Shown: piece by piece, positions 1 to 10,199 of the stretch
How the letters are laid out: the number at the start of each line of letters is the position of its first letter
Position numbering within the stretch: the stretch's first letter is position 1
From: Octopus bimaculoides
Lineage: Eukaryota
NCBI RefSeq assembly: GCF_001194135.2
Contig: NC_069002.1
Coordinates: 28,725,318-28,765,360 of the forward strand
DNA length: 40,043 nt
Direction: 5' to 3'
Made by a program: the position numbers and the translations under genes
Notes under the pieces: model-generated
What the model was told of the DNA's origin: nothing
Seen by the model: only the letters and a program-made list of their open reading frames with translations
Database searches by the model: none

Positions 1-40
1 ACACACACACACACACATATATATATACCTACATACAATC

Positions 41-75
<35 letters not shown>

Positions 76-250
76 CATAAGTACATATACATATGCACAT
101 ATATATATATACACACGTATATATATATATACTTATATACATACACACGCACATAAATGTGTGTACGTATAGCTTTATACGTTTGTGTATGTATGTATAT
201 GTGTACGTATGCGTGTAAGCAGGTGCATGCCCACGTGCCTGTGTATGTGT
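1..250. repeat. Compound (CA)n/(TA)n/(TACA)n microsatellite
   Basis: Direct reading of dinucleotide and tetranucleotide runs; ORF 29..292 is its artefact. Confidence 0.95.
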
Positions 251-433
251 TAGAAAATCTCTCAAGAATGCCTTAACCCTCCTCCATCGCAAATTCTAAC
301 GCTTTGGCTGGTAAACAACTATTTACAAATACCTGAGGTACTTACTTAACAGCGTGTCAAATAGAGCTGGGTACACCGTATAGTAAGGTACAATAAAGAA
401 CTTAGTGCAGCACGTCTGTATAACAAATGCTAA

Positions 434-469
<36 letters not shown>

Positions 470-1017
470 NNNNNNNNNNNNNNNNNNNNNNNNNNNNNNN
501 NNNNNNNNNNNNNNNNNNNNNNNNNNNNNNNNNNNNNNNNNNNNNNNNNNNNNNNNNNNNNNNNNNNNNNNNNNNNNNNNNNNNNNNNNNNNNNNNNNNN
601 NNNNNNNNNNNNNNNNNNNNNNNNNNNNNNNNNNNNNNNNNNNNNNNNNNNNNNNNNNNNNNNNNNNNNNNNNNNNNNNNNNNNNNNNNNNNNNNNNNNN
701 NNNNNNNNNNNNNNNNNNNNNNNNNNNNNNNNNNNNNNNNNNNNNNNNNNNNNNNNNNNNNNNNNNNNNNNNNNNNNNNNNNNNNNNNNNNNNNNNNNNN
801 NNNNNNNNNNNNNNNNNNNNNNNNNNNNNNNNNNNNNNNNNNNNNNNNNNNNNNNNNNNNNNNNNNNNNNNNNNNNNNNNNNNNNNNNNNNNNNNNNNNN
901 NNNNNNNNNNNNNNNNNNNNNNNNNNNNNNNNNNNNNNNNNNNNNNNNNNNNNNNNNNNNNNNNNNNNNNNNNNNNNNNNNNNNNNNNNNNNNNNNNNNN
1001 NNNNNNNNNNNNNNNNN
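470..1017. other. Assembly gap (N run). Other gaps: 2222-2668, 6530-6629, 9475-10013, 16557-16566, 18088-18302, 22150-22218, 23935-24509, 28419-28628, 31825-32059, 35557-35721, 36915-37223, 38162-38171
   Basis: N runs, most of them flanked by microsatellites, typical of a short-read scaffold. Confidence 0.99.
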
Positions 1018-1086
1018 ATATATATATCCGCTGTATAAGGCACAACTAAAAGAAAACTAGGATAAAATCCTTCTCGCGTCATATTG

Positions 1087-1328
1087 ACTCACAAACCCTA
1101 TGAGTCATGTAGACTCACAGGGCCAGTTTCCCAGTTTCTGTGACGCATATATTCCCCACCCCTGGACCGGACGCTAGCCCACCGTAGGATTATTCCTTTT
1201 TGGACTGGAACAACGTGAAATGAAACGTTTTGCTCAAGAACACAACCCGTCGCCCGGTCCTGGAATCGAAACCACAACCTTTCGATCAGGAGTCCAGCAC
1301 CCTAACCACTAAGCTACGCTTCCCTCAC
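1087..1328 (-). mobile_element. tRNA-headed SINE (family D/E type; central GGACTGGAACAACGTGAAATGAAAC-TTTTGCTCAAGAACACAAC domain)
   Basis: The minus strand starts with a tRNA-like head: A-box AGCTTAGTGG, B-box GGTTTCGATTCC. The central domain recurs at 22970-23010, 30170-30230, 30440-30500 and 33690-33740. It resembles conserved V/Meta-type SINE domains (from memory, unverified). Confidence 0.8.
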
Positions 1329-1518
1329 GTAACTACTCCATGTATAATATAGCACAGTTATATATAGCAAGAGATAATAGTTTGTTTCAAATTTTTAACA
1401 TAAGGTCTGCAAGTTTTGAACATAAAGAGCGGGAAAAAATGCCGCATTTGTTCGACGCGCTAGCAATTCTGCCAAATCAGCTCCTTGAACAACGGGTAAA
1501 TATTGCTTTCAAAATTTT

Positions 1519-1714
1519 GGCACAGGACTAGCAATTTCGAGGTTGGGAGTAAATCGATTGCATCGACCCCCAGTGCTCAACTGGTAACATTCTATCGACC
1601 CCGAAAGGATAAAAGGTAAGGTTGACCTCGGCGAAATTTGAACACAGAACGTGAAGACGGACGAAATGCCGCTAAGCATTTTGCTCGGCCTGCTAACAAT
1701 TCTGCCGGCAACAA
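1519..1714 (-). mobile_element. SINE family A copy; a deleted partial copy precedes it at about 1400-1480
   Basis: Reverse complement of the family-A core (TTCAAATTxCGCCGAGGTC...CCTTTCGGGGTCGATA...CCAGTT...CTGGGGGTCGAT) seen on the + strand at 14878-15095. Confidence 0.9.
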
Positions 1715-1921
1715 CCGGTAACATTGAACAGAGTATAACATAGAGAAAGCTACTTCACATAGCAGTATTGAAGACTTATGCGGTACGTTTTGAAGCAGAG
1801 GAATATTATTGGTGGAATCAGTTGAGAGCTGGAGTTTCACTTTAGCTTTTTTTCATTTGTCTTGTCTTTTCCACCATTTCAGTATCGAGGCTCATGTAAC
1901 CAACTGCCTCTGTCTTTCACT

Positions 1922-1965
<44 letters not shown>

Positions 1966-1967
<2 letters not shown>

Positions 1968-2117
1968 ACAGGTTTCTTTCAGTTTCTGTCTACCCAATCT
2001 ACTCCCAAGGCTTTATTCGGCCCCAGGCTATAGTAGAAGACGCTTGTCCAAGTTCCCACGCAGTAGGATTGAACCATTTGGTTGGGAAGCAACCTTCTTA
2101 CCACACAGCCATGCCTG
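1966..2117 (-). mobile_element. SINE family C (CORE-like) head and core, next to a (CA)n tract
   Basis: Aligns by eye with 18471-18628 and with the reverse complement of 17752-17925. The family motif CCTTGGGCAAGTGTCTT resembles the start of the CORE domain of MIR-type SINEs. Confidence 0.85.
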
Positions 2118-2147
2118 AACTTATAAAGTGGTAAAATTTCAAAGAAA

Positions 2148-2221
2148 AATTGTGTGTGTCTTTGTATTTGTCTCTCCTCGCCATTTGACAACCGGTGTTA
2201 GTTTGCTTACGTCCCGGTAAT
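2148..2221 (+). mobile_element. SINE family C 3' tail fragment, running into a gap
   Basis: TTGACAACCGGTGTTAGTTTGCTTACGTCCC matches 6985-7015 and the reverse complement of 21995-22025. Confidence 0.7.
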
Positions 2222-3103
2222 NNNNNNNNNNNNNNNNNNNNNNNNNNNNNNNNNNNNNNNNNNNNNNNNNNNNNNNNNNNNNNNNNNNNNNNNNNNNNNN
2301 NNNNNNNNNNNNNNNNNNNNNNNNNNNNNNNNNNNNNNNNNNNNNNNNNNNNNNNNNNNNNNNNNNNNNNNNNNNNNNNNNNNNNNNNNNNNNNNNNNNN
2401 NNNNNNNNNNNNNNNNNNNNNNNNNNNNNNNNNNNNNNNNNNNNNNNNNNNNNNNNNNNNNNNNNNNNNNNNNNNNNNNNNNNNNNNNNNNNNNNNNNNN
2501 NNNNNNNNNNNNNNNNNNNNNNNNNNNNNNNNNNNNNNNNNNNNNNNNNNNNNNNNNNNNNNNNNNNNNNNNNNNNNNNNNNNNNNNNNNNNNNNNNNNN
2601 NNNNNNNNNNNNNNNNNNNNNNNNNNNNNNNNNNNNNNNNNNNNNNNNNNNNNNNNNNNNNNNNNNNNGAGAGTAAGAGGTGATAGAATAATTAAGGGAG
2701 TTATCTTTTCACAAAAGTGCAAACAGAATTGAAAGGGAGGAAGGAAGGAAGGAAGGGAGGGGGAGGGAGGGAGTGAGGGAGGAGACAATGTGGGCAATGA
2801 ATGTTGATATGTTAAAAAAAACAAAGATATTAGAGAGACTATTTCATGAACGTATGTACCACGTGATGGGTTAGAGAGTACCATAACTAGAAATGTGTTA
2901 GAGGAAGATGGCGCCTTTGAAAGGATGAAATACATTATACTTAGGGATGGGATAAGAGACATGTTAATGGATATTGGAGTAATAAAATAGACATTTGCTG
3001 TTAAAATGTATAATTGAAAAGAATGAGGTCGCTTTCCTCATCTTCTGAGGTTTTCGTCAAAGAGATAAATTAGCCGAAAATTACTAATTTCTTTAAAATA
3101 CAG

Positions 3104-3257
3104 TCGGGTGTTTTTTGGTGTTGAAGTCATCGTGTTGAGTGACCTGACCTCTCGTGAAGTACTTTTGAAGTTACAGATGCTAAGAATACACGGCTCGACA
3201 TTATCGTTGAAAGATTCTAGTAGGGAACTTTCTTTGAAAGAAGGAAACATAAGCTGA
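3104..3257 (+). CDS. Candidate orphan terminal coding exon (RVFFGVEVIVLSDLTSREVLLKLQMLRIHGSTLSLKDSSRELSLKEGNIS*)
   Basis: Branch-point-like TACTAAT at 3082-3088, acceptor TTTCTTTAAAATACAG ending 3103, 50 open codons, TGA at 3255-3257 and AATAAA at 3271-3276. No homology recognised; could be chance or a decayed TE ORF. Confidence 0.25.
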
Positions 3258-3496
3258 GAAACTACTTATAAATAAATATATAAACACTTGCAAGAATAGG
3301 ATGAAAGGAAAATGGAGAAGTTAGACCTTAATACGAAATCTTAACTCTTAACCTTTCGTGAAGTCATATTTGACAAAAAAGCAATCCCTAATATTTGATA
3401 AATAGCAACGCCAAATATTTGACAAATAGCAATCCTAATTATATGAGAAGCAGTAACGGTAAATTAAATGCATTGGATACGATATTATGAAGTGAC

Positions 3497-3713
3497 ATTG
3501 GTTTCAAATTTAGGTGCAAGACCAGCAATTTCAAGGTAAGGTTAAGTCGATTACATCGACCCCCATTGCTCAGCTGGTACGTATTTTATCGACAACGAAA
3601 AGATAAAAGGCAAAGTCAACCTCGGCGGGATTTGAACTCAGAACGTAAAGACGAACGAGAAACTGCTAAGCATTTTGCGCGGATTGCTAACGAATCTGCC
3701 AGCTCACCATCTT
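3497..3713 (-). mobile_element. SINE family A copy
   Basis: Same core as the other family-A copies, with the head CTGCCAGCTCACC at the right end. Confidence 0.92.
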
Positions 3714-3807
3714 ATAACGAAGAATTATTAATCATCTTACTCCCATTTGTTGTTTATGCAAATGCTTTCATTTAAATGACAATAAGAAGTCTCCATGTTA
3801 TTACACT

Positions 3808-3890
3808 GCCTGTCAGAAATAGCAGCTAAATTTCCCCTTCAAAGTATAAATTATCGTCCTGTAACTGTAAGAACACATTGAATAATATAC
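3808..3890 (+). repeat. Fragment of a dispersed repeat also present at about 30740-30812
   Basis: Both share AGAAA(T/C)AGCA...AAGAACACATTG(A/T)ATAAT; diverged. Confidence 0.45.
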
Positions 3891-4405
3891 TATTTGACCT
3901 GGGTATAACTTTAAACTGCATCCGATTGTGGGAGCACTGGATTCGGGTGTTACAGTGTTTTGAACAATATGAAACCATTTCATAGACAATATTGTCCCCG
4001 AGTCTACTCTGACCCGTAGACTCCCAACAACGGTTACTTAGCATATCACAGAATCGCTTCCGGCAGAAGGTCATTCACAGACACTCCAACGGATACCTCA
4101 GCCTTTTAGCTATCGACCCAAGAGAAGATAGGTCCATACAAGTGATCGATTCCTTATCATCCTGATGACTGTTGGGCTCAGAGCATTTGCTGCACCAGAC
4201 CAACACAAGTTTGAAGCACAGGAGAGCGGGATAGGCTCTGCACATAAATAATCACACTTCCGGTCACGTTCAATCTTTTTTCTGTTTTTTAAATCTTACC
4301 TTTCAAAATAAATCTTTCATGATCCTCTCTTTTTACTCATGAGCCCAGTTCGTTGCGTAACTTAAAATCTGAAGCAAGGTTTCCCTTAACCTTCGAGTGA
4401 TAGTG

Positions 4406-4407
<2 letters not shown>

Positions 4408-4448
<41 letters not shown>

Positions 4449-4451
4449 CTG

Positions 4452-4508
<57 letters not shown>
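4408..4508. repeat. (CA)n followed by (GATA)n microsatellite
   Basis: Direct reading. Confidence 0.97.
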
Positions 4509-4509
<1 letters not shown>

Positions 4510-4546
4510 AATAAGGGGTCTCTAATGATGGAACACATTATAATAG

Positions 4547-4850
4547 TAACAAGAACACTCAAAGAGCGCAAACCACTGCCAAGGTAACACCAACGTTCTC
4601 TCAACGATTAGCCGGAGATGGTTTTTAAAATGAGAATATCTCGTAATACTTCATGTAAAGTAAAGTAAATATAGCAAATAATCCAGAATCCTTTTCCGGT
4701 GCCGGATCAATCCCAAAATTCAATCGGTTCGTGCCAGTCACGAGGCCAAACATCCCTGGAAGTTTCATCCGAATCTATCCAGTGGTTCTTGAGATATCTT
4801 TTCCACGGACAAACAAGGAAACAAACACGACCGCTAAGGTGGAGGTAATT
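4547..4850 (+). mobile_element. Non-autonomous Helentron/HINE-like element (internally deleted)
   Basis: Subterminal inverted pair ACCACTGCCAAGG (near 4572) and CTAAGGTGGAGGT (near 4834). The internal GAAGTTTCATCCGAATCTATCCAGTGGTTCTTGAGATATC followed by ACGGACAAACAA microsatellite seed is typical of DINE-1/HINE-type elements. Class assignment is inference. Confidence 0.55.
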
Positions 4851-4925
4851 AACTAGATCATTAATGAATATACTTGTTTTTGTCCTAGTTACTTGCATTA
4901 AAAGGAGTCTCATCATTATGAGAAC

Positions 4926-4940
4926 TCTCTCTCTCTCTCT

Positions 4941-5027
<87 letters not shown>

Positions 5028-5047
5028 TATATATATATATATATATA
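4926..5047. repeat. (CT)n-(AT)n microsatellite
   Basis: Direct reading. Confidence 0.97.
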
Positions 5048-5054
5048 CTTTATG

Positions 5055-5183
5055 TATAGAGATTTATAATAGTATAAAATCCAATTATAATTAAGGACCT
5101 ATGCTGAAAATAGACGCTAAATTGTCAAACCATTAAAAATTATCACTTTTATAGTACACACGTGTTGATATCGAGGAAGTAGG
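5055..5183 (+). repeat. Imperfect direct repeat, copy 1 (copy 2 at 5923-6066)
   Basis: AGAGATTTATAATAGTATAAAATxCAATTATAATTAAGG...ATGCTGAAA...TCAAACC...TTAAAAATT...ACACACG...ATCGAGG is shared by both copies. Confidence 0.85.
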
Positions 5184-5528
5184 CTCACAGAAATTCATAA
5201 AATAGTCAGCTTTGGATTGATCAATTTCTGAATTAGTCTAATAAATTTTCTTCATCAGAAAGGCATACTGAGGGAAATAAATGAGATATTTATACATACC
5301 CACAGGAAAGCAAACGCAAAGCTACGATTACATACAAATACCACAAATATATCCGCATCGAATTTCGTAGTCTACCCCAACACGTGTGTATTTGGTCAGA
5401 GTAGTACAGAAGTGACTAGACTATCCCGAAGTGAATGGAAATTATTCAATTATAATAATAAAGGATAAAATCGTTAAAGATTTTATCAGTGGCCACCATA
5501 TAATATAGACCTATTAAGGTGAATTTAT

Positions 5529-5911
5529 GTTGTTGTTGGCACTCCGTCGCTTACGACGTCGAGGGTTCCAGTTGATCAACGGAACAGCCTGCTCATGAAA
5601 TTAACGTGCAAGTGGCTGAGCACTCCACAGACACGTGTACCCTTAACGTAGTTCTCGGGGATATTCAGCGTGACACAATGTGACAAGGCAGACCCTTTGA
5701 ATTACGGGTACAACAGAAACAGAAAGTATGAGTGAGAGAAAGTTGTGGTGAAAGAGTACAGCAGGGTTCGCCACCATCCCCTGCCGGAGCATCGTGGAGC
5801 TTTAGGTGTTTTCGCTCAATAAACACTCACAACGCCCGGTCTGGGAATCGAAACCGCAATCCTACGACCGCGAGTCCGCTGCCCTAACCACTGGGCCATT
5901 GCGCCTCCACT
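5529..5911 (-). mobile_element. Full-length SINE family B (about 380 bp) with 11-bp TSD GGTGAATTTAT
   Basis: tRNA head on the minus strand (A-box TGGCCCAGTGG, B-box GGTTTCGATTCCC) and an (AAC)n tail. GGTGAATTTAT lies at 5518-5528 and 5912-5922. Nearly identical to 17083-17470. Confidence 0.95.
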
Positions 5912-6946
5912 GGTGAATTTATATAGAGAGATTTATAATAGTATAAAATACAATTATAATTAAGGGCATAGAAAAGACCATGCCAATGCTGAAAGTAGAT
6001 TCTAAATCGTCAAACCTCTTAAAAATTGTCTCTTTTATAAGACACACGTTGAAATCGAGGGAGTAAGTATAAATACATATATATTTTATATGTGTATATA
6101 ATATATATATATACACACGTACATACATATTTGTGTGCGCGCGCGTGCGTGTATGTATGCATATGTATAATGACAATATCCTCATTTTATGATCAATATG
6201 AACGAATTTAATTAACAAAAAATTTATTACGTCTGCAATAAACAATAACATTTTTAGTCAAACGGTGGAATAAAATAAAAAATAAATGTCTGCAATATCC
6301 CTCAAGAACTTCAAGGTGAAAAGCTAATTTTAGCAAATATGCCATCTGATTCCTATTATTGTTTGACCGTGTCGGAAATTTGCCAAATTCTATATCAACA
6401 TATCAGGAAGAAAGACAAAAAAAATTCTGGCTCCAATACGAAAGGCCGAACACAATGTAAGATAACACGAAATACAATAATAAAAACAAAACGTAAATTA
6501 AATATTTATGTGTGGATATGTGTATGTGCNNNNNNNNNNNNNNNNNNNNNNNNNNNNNNNNNNNNNNNNNNNNNNNNNNNNNNNNNNNNNNNNNNNNNNN
6601 NNNNNNNNNNNNNNNNNNNNNNNNNNNNNATATATATATATTATATATATATATATATATATATGCATATATATATATAATATATATATTCACACACACA
6701 CACATACATATATATGTGTGTGTGCGTCTATGTATGTATGTTTGTATGCTTCTATATGACGTCATAAGAGTGAAGAAAGTTCGAGAACGTGAAACAAGTT
6801 TTTAGAAAAGTGAACCTCGAAGTAGATAAAGCCATAAACATTGGCGTACAAATATTTTGGTGAAAAGACCCCTTGGACATAAAAGGATGGAATGTGTGTG
6901 TGTGTTTGTGTGTGCCTGGCTATGCATATGTGTACGCAAGTATGTA

Positions 6947-7165
6947 TGTGTGTCTTTGCGCTTGTATTTGTCTCATTCCACCGCTTGACAAACGGTGTTG
7001 GTTTGTTTACGTACCCATAATATAGCGAGTCGGCAAAAGGTAAAAGCCAATAGAATGTCACAGACTTAAAACACAACTTCTAGTGTCGGTGTGTTCGACT
7101 AAATCCTTCAGGATTATGCTCCAGCTTAGCCGCAGTCCGACGACTGAAACAAGTAAAAGCCAAAA
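6947..7165 (+). mobile_element. SINE family C 3' tail
   Basis: CCGCTTGACAAACGGTGTTGGTTTGTTTACGT...TTCGACTAAATCCTTCAGG...GCTCCAGCTTAGCCGCAGTC...ACTGAAACAAG; reverse complement of the 21838-22035 type sequence. Confidence 0.8.
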
Positions 7166-7682
7166 GATTCAAAGCCTTGATAAAAACAAAACACTATTCA
7201 GCAAATAGTCTCGAACCAAGTGCATGAGGAAATAGTCTCGAACCAAACGGATCACCCTTAACTCGCGCATGAATATTTTATGTTATTCTATCTCCTGTCA
7301 AAACATAAAAACCGGAAGAACCAATGAGAGAATACAGCGACTCCACATTTTATACATAATGGATGTCGTTGTGTATAGATTCTTGCATACAACTGGGACA
7401 GCTGAAAAAGTAGTAATTTATCATAGACCTACCTCGTTAAGGATCTTTTGAACGTTAAGGTTGATCTCATGGTTTAAAATTCCTCCTTGATATTTCTCTT
7501 TTCTCTCGAGAAATTTACACTCTGATGTTTACAGTTTGCAACATAAAATACTTAACGTAAAAACGCATGCAGATTCCACAACTCGATACATGTCAAGTGT
7601 GCGAGAAGAGGACGATCTCTGATCCGTCATCCGCATTCTCTCGATGTTTCCCGATCATTTCTCGATCCAACATGCCCGTACT

Positions 7683-7846
7683 GTTAAGAAGCTCGCTTTG
7701 CTCCAAGCCACGTGGTTTGGGGTTCAGTACTATCGCGTGGTACCTTGGGTAACTGTCTTCTGCTATAGCTCTACCTGGACCGACTAATGCCTTGTAAGTG
7801 TATGTATGAATATGCTAGACGGAAACTGCGTGGAAGCTCATCGTAC
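7683..7846 (+). mobile_element. SINE family C head and core (diverged)
   Basis: GGTTCAGTAC...GTACCTTGGGTAACTGTCTTCTGCTATAGC...GACCGACTAATGCCTTGT...AGACGGAAACTG. Confidence 0.85.
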
Positions 7847-7874
7847 ATGTGTATATATATATATAAATATATAT

Positions 7875-7986
7875 AAATAAGAGAGTGGAGAGGATACAAA
7901 ATCGACAGACGTCAGCCGGCAAACATTCCAGTATGTCTATTTATTCCAATGTCTGTCGATTTTGTATCCTCTCAACTTTCTTATTT
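7875..7986. repeat. Inverted repeat with 36-bp arms (2 mismatches) and a 40-nt spacer; possible minimal MITE
   Basis: AAATAAGAGAGTGGAGAGGATACAAAATCGACAGAC (7875-7910) pairs with GTCTGTCGATTTTGTATCCTCTCAACTTTCTTATTT (7951-7986). Confidence 0.9.
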
Positions 7987-8180
7987 GCTGTATAAATCAT
8001 GGGTAAATCAGTCTTTTACCCCTGCCCATATATAATACTCAATTACGAGATTGCCACGCAATAACTAGCACTTGGGTATGAATAATTGGGTACACTACCA
8101 TCAATATATTGGATAGGTACTATCCCTTAGTTGGTTTCTCAACCTCTAGCTCACACTGAAATATATATATATATATATAC

Positions 8181-8230
<50 letters not shown>

Positions 8231-8803
8231 TATACATAAATCACAGTATGTGTGTATATTGACTAACGCATTCATTTCCACAATTCTCAACCGATTTTCA
8301 CCAAACTTTACAAACACATTACTTATGTCCCAAGGATGGGCATGCACTATAGCATTTTGCCCAGAGCTCCCGCGTAAATGGACAAACCGGGGAAAACGGT
8401 GGTTTACTCGGGGTTTTTCTCTAATTCGTTGTATGTAGGATATTCCATACCTTTTAATCTATAAGGTCGTATATTGGCATTAGAGAATATTTTTTAGTGG
8501 TTTTCACATTTTTTTGATTTATTATATATTTATGTTGTAACTGTGTATTATTACTTGGTTAGAGAATATTATAAAAGTGAAAGGATTTTGTCTAATTATT
8601 TATTTATTCATTTCGACTGTCCACCTGCTACGGTGATTAAATTGACTAGGAACACTGTACCCGATGAATATCCAATACCAAACTGTCTTAATCTCTATAT
8701 TTAAACTGCATTAAACTTTGGCAAGCTTACCTTGACCTATTCTGAGTTACTTGAAAGGTGATGTTTCCTTCTCTCTCTTCTGTTTGTTTATACATTTGTT
8801 TAG

Positions 8804-9025
8804 CAACCAATGTGCTGTTTCACTTTAAGGATGCTTATTTACCCATCCATTATGATATTTCGAACGCGACAGCTTTTCACAACGAACTGTTAAAGATTCA
8901 AAGTTGTATTCGTGAACTGAAGTCAAACTCTTCATGTCTTCATTTTTCAGTACCTGGAATCAATTTCAGAGTGGTCGTACACTGTAAACATGTAGCAAAT
9001 ACATCCTTTAGCTTTATTTTTTCAA
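8804..9025 (+). CDS. Candidate orphan internal exon (phase 1-1, 222 nt)
   Basis: Long pyrimidine tract ending TTTGTTTAG at 8803, an open frame (TNVLFHFKDAYLPIHYDISNATAFHNELLKIQSCIRELKSNSSCLHFSVPGINFRVVVHCKHVANTSFSFIFS) and donor-like AA|GTAGGT at 9025/9026. No homology recognised. Confidence 0.2.
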
Positions 9026-9094
9026 GTAGGTAATATATTGCCATTTTTGAACATACAAATCATACTTCTCATAAAAAAAATAGCTCTCTTTGCT

Positions 9095-9440
9095 GTTAGG
9101 GCAGCGGACTCGCGACCGTAGGATCGCGGTTTCGATTCCCAGACCGAGCGTTGTGAGTGTTTATTGAACGAAAACACCTAAAGCTCCACGAGACTCCGGC
9201 AGGGGATGGTGGAGAACCCTGCTGTACTCCTTCACCACAACTTTCTCTCACTCTTACTTCCTGTTTCTGTTGTACCTATATTTCAAAGGGCCAGCTTTGT
9301 CACACTCTGTGTCACGCTGAACTTCCCCGTGGACTACGTTAGGGGTACACGTGTCTGTGGAGTGCTCAGCCACTTGCGCGTTAATTTCCTTTGATCGGAT
9401 CAACTGGAGCCCTCATCGTCGTAACCAACGGAGAGCCACA
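9095..9440 (+). mobile_element. SINE family B copy, missing the first about 22 nt of the head
   Basis: Reverse complement of 5529-5890, slightly more diverged. Confidence 0.93.
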
Positions 9441-10199
9441 CGAAGAGTGAGACTGTTTGTAGCTATCATCTTATNNNNNNNNNNNNNNNNNNNNNNNNNN
9501 NNNNNNNNNNNNNNNNNNNNNNNNNNNNNNNNNNNNNNNNNNNNNNNNNNNNNNNNNNNNNNNNNNNNNNNNNNNNNNNNNNNNNNNNNNNNNNNNNNNN
9601 NNNNNNNNNNNNNNNNNNNNNNNNNNNNNNNNNNNNNNNNNNNNNNNNNNNNNNNNNNNNNNNNNNNNNNNNNNNNNNNNNNNNNNNNNNNNNNNNNNNN
9701 NNNNNNNNNNNNNNNNNNNNNNNNNNNNNNNNNNNNNNNNNNNNNNNNNNNNNNNNNNNNNNNNNNNNNNNNNNNNNNNNNNNNNNNNNNNNNNNNNNNN
9801 NNNNNNNNNNNNNNNNNNNNNNNNNNNNNNNNNNNNNNNNNNNNNNNNNNNNNNNNNNNNNNNNNNNNNNNNNNNNNNNNNNNNNNNNNNNNNNNNNNNN
9901 NNNNNNNNNNNNNNNNNNNNNNNNNNNNNNNNNNNNNNNNNNNNNNNNNNNNNNNNNNNNNNNNNNNNNNNNNNNNNNNNNNNNNNNNNNNNNNNNNNNN
10001 NNNNNNNNNNNNNTAAACCATTGCGTGGTATTAAATTAAAACTTTAAGCCGAAACAATGCAAAATGAATGAAATACAGAAGTGAAACAGAACAAAAGTTA
10101 ATGTTTAGTTTGTATTTATTCGAATTTTTCGGGTTGGAACTCCTTCATTAATTAATGAAGAAATGGAAGAAGGAATAATGTTACCTTTTCCTCAGATTT

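Noticed and set aside
3367-3440. About 24-bp imperfect triple repeat (TATTTGAxAAAxAGCAA); also the 17-bp duplication AAATAGTCTCGAACCAA at 7203/7230
   Set aside because: Ordinary slippage-type local duplications with no further structure.
5840-5911. tRNA genes suggested by A-box/B-box motifs (also at 9095, 14414, 17400, 17752, 23030)
   Set aside because: Each is the head of a multi-copy SINE and continues into SINE core sequence; none forms a clean cloverleaf with a terminator.
7310-7330. Promoter-like ETS (ACCGGAAG) plus CCAAT pair; perfect ETS site also near 4255
   Set aside because: Short motifs with no CpG island, downstream first exon or other support.
8040-8440. Possible second Helitron/HINE-like element (TCAACCGATTTTCACCAAACTTT motif)
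   Set aside because: Only one internal motif recognised; termini and hairpin could not be defined.
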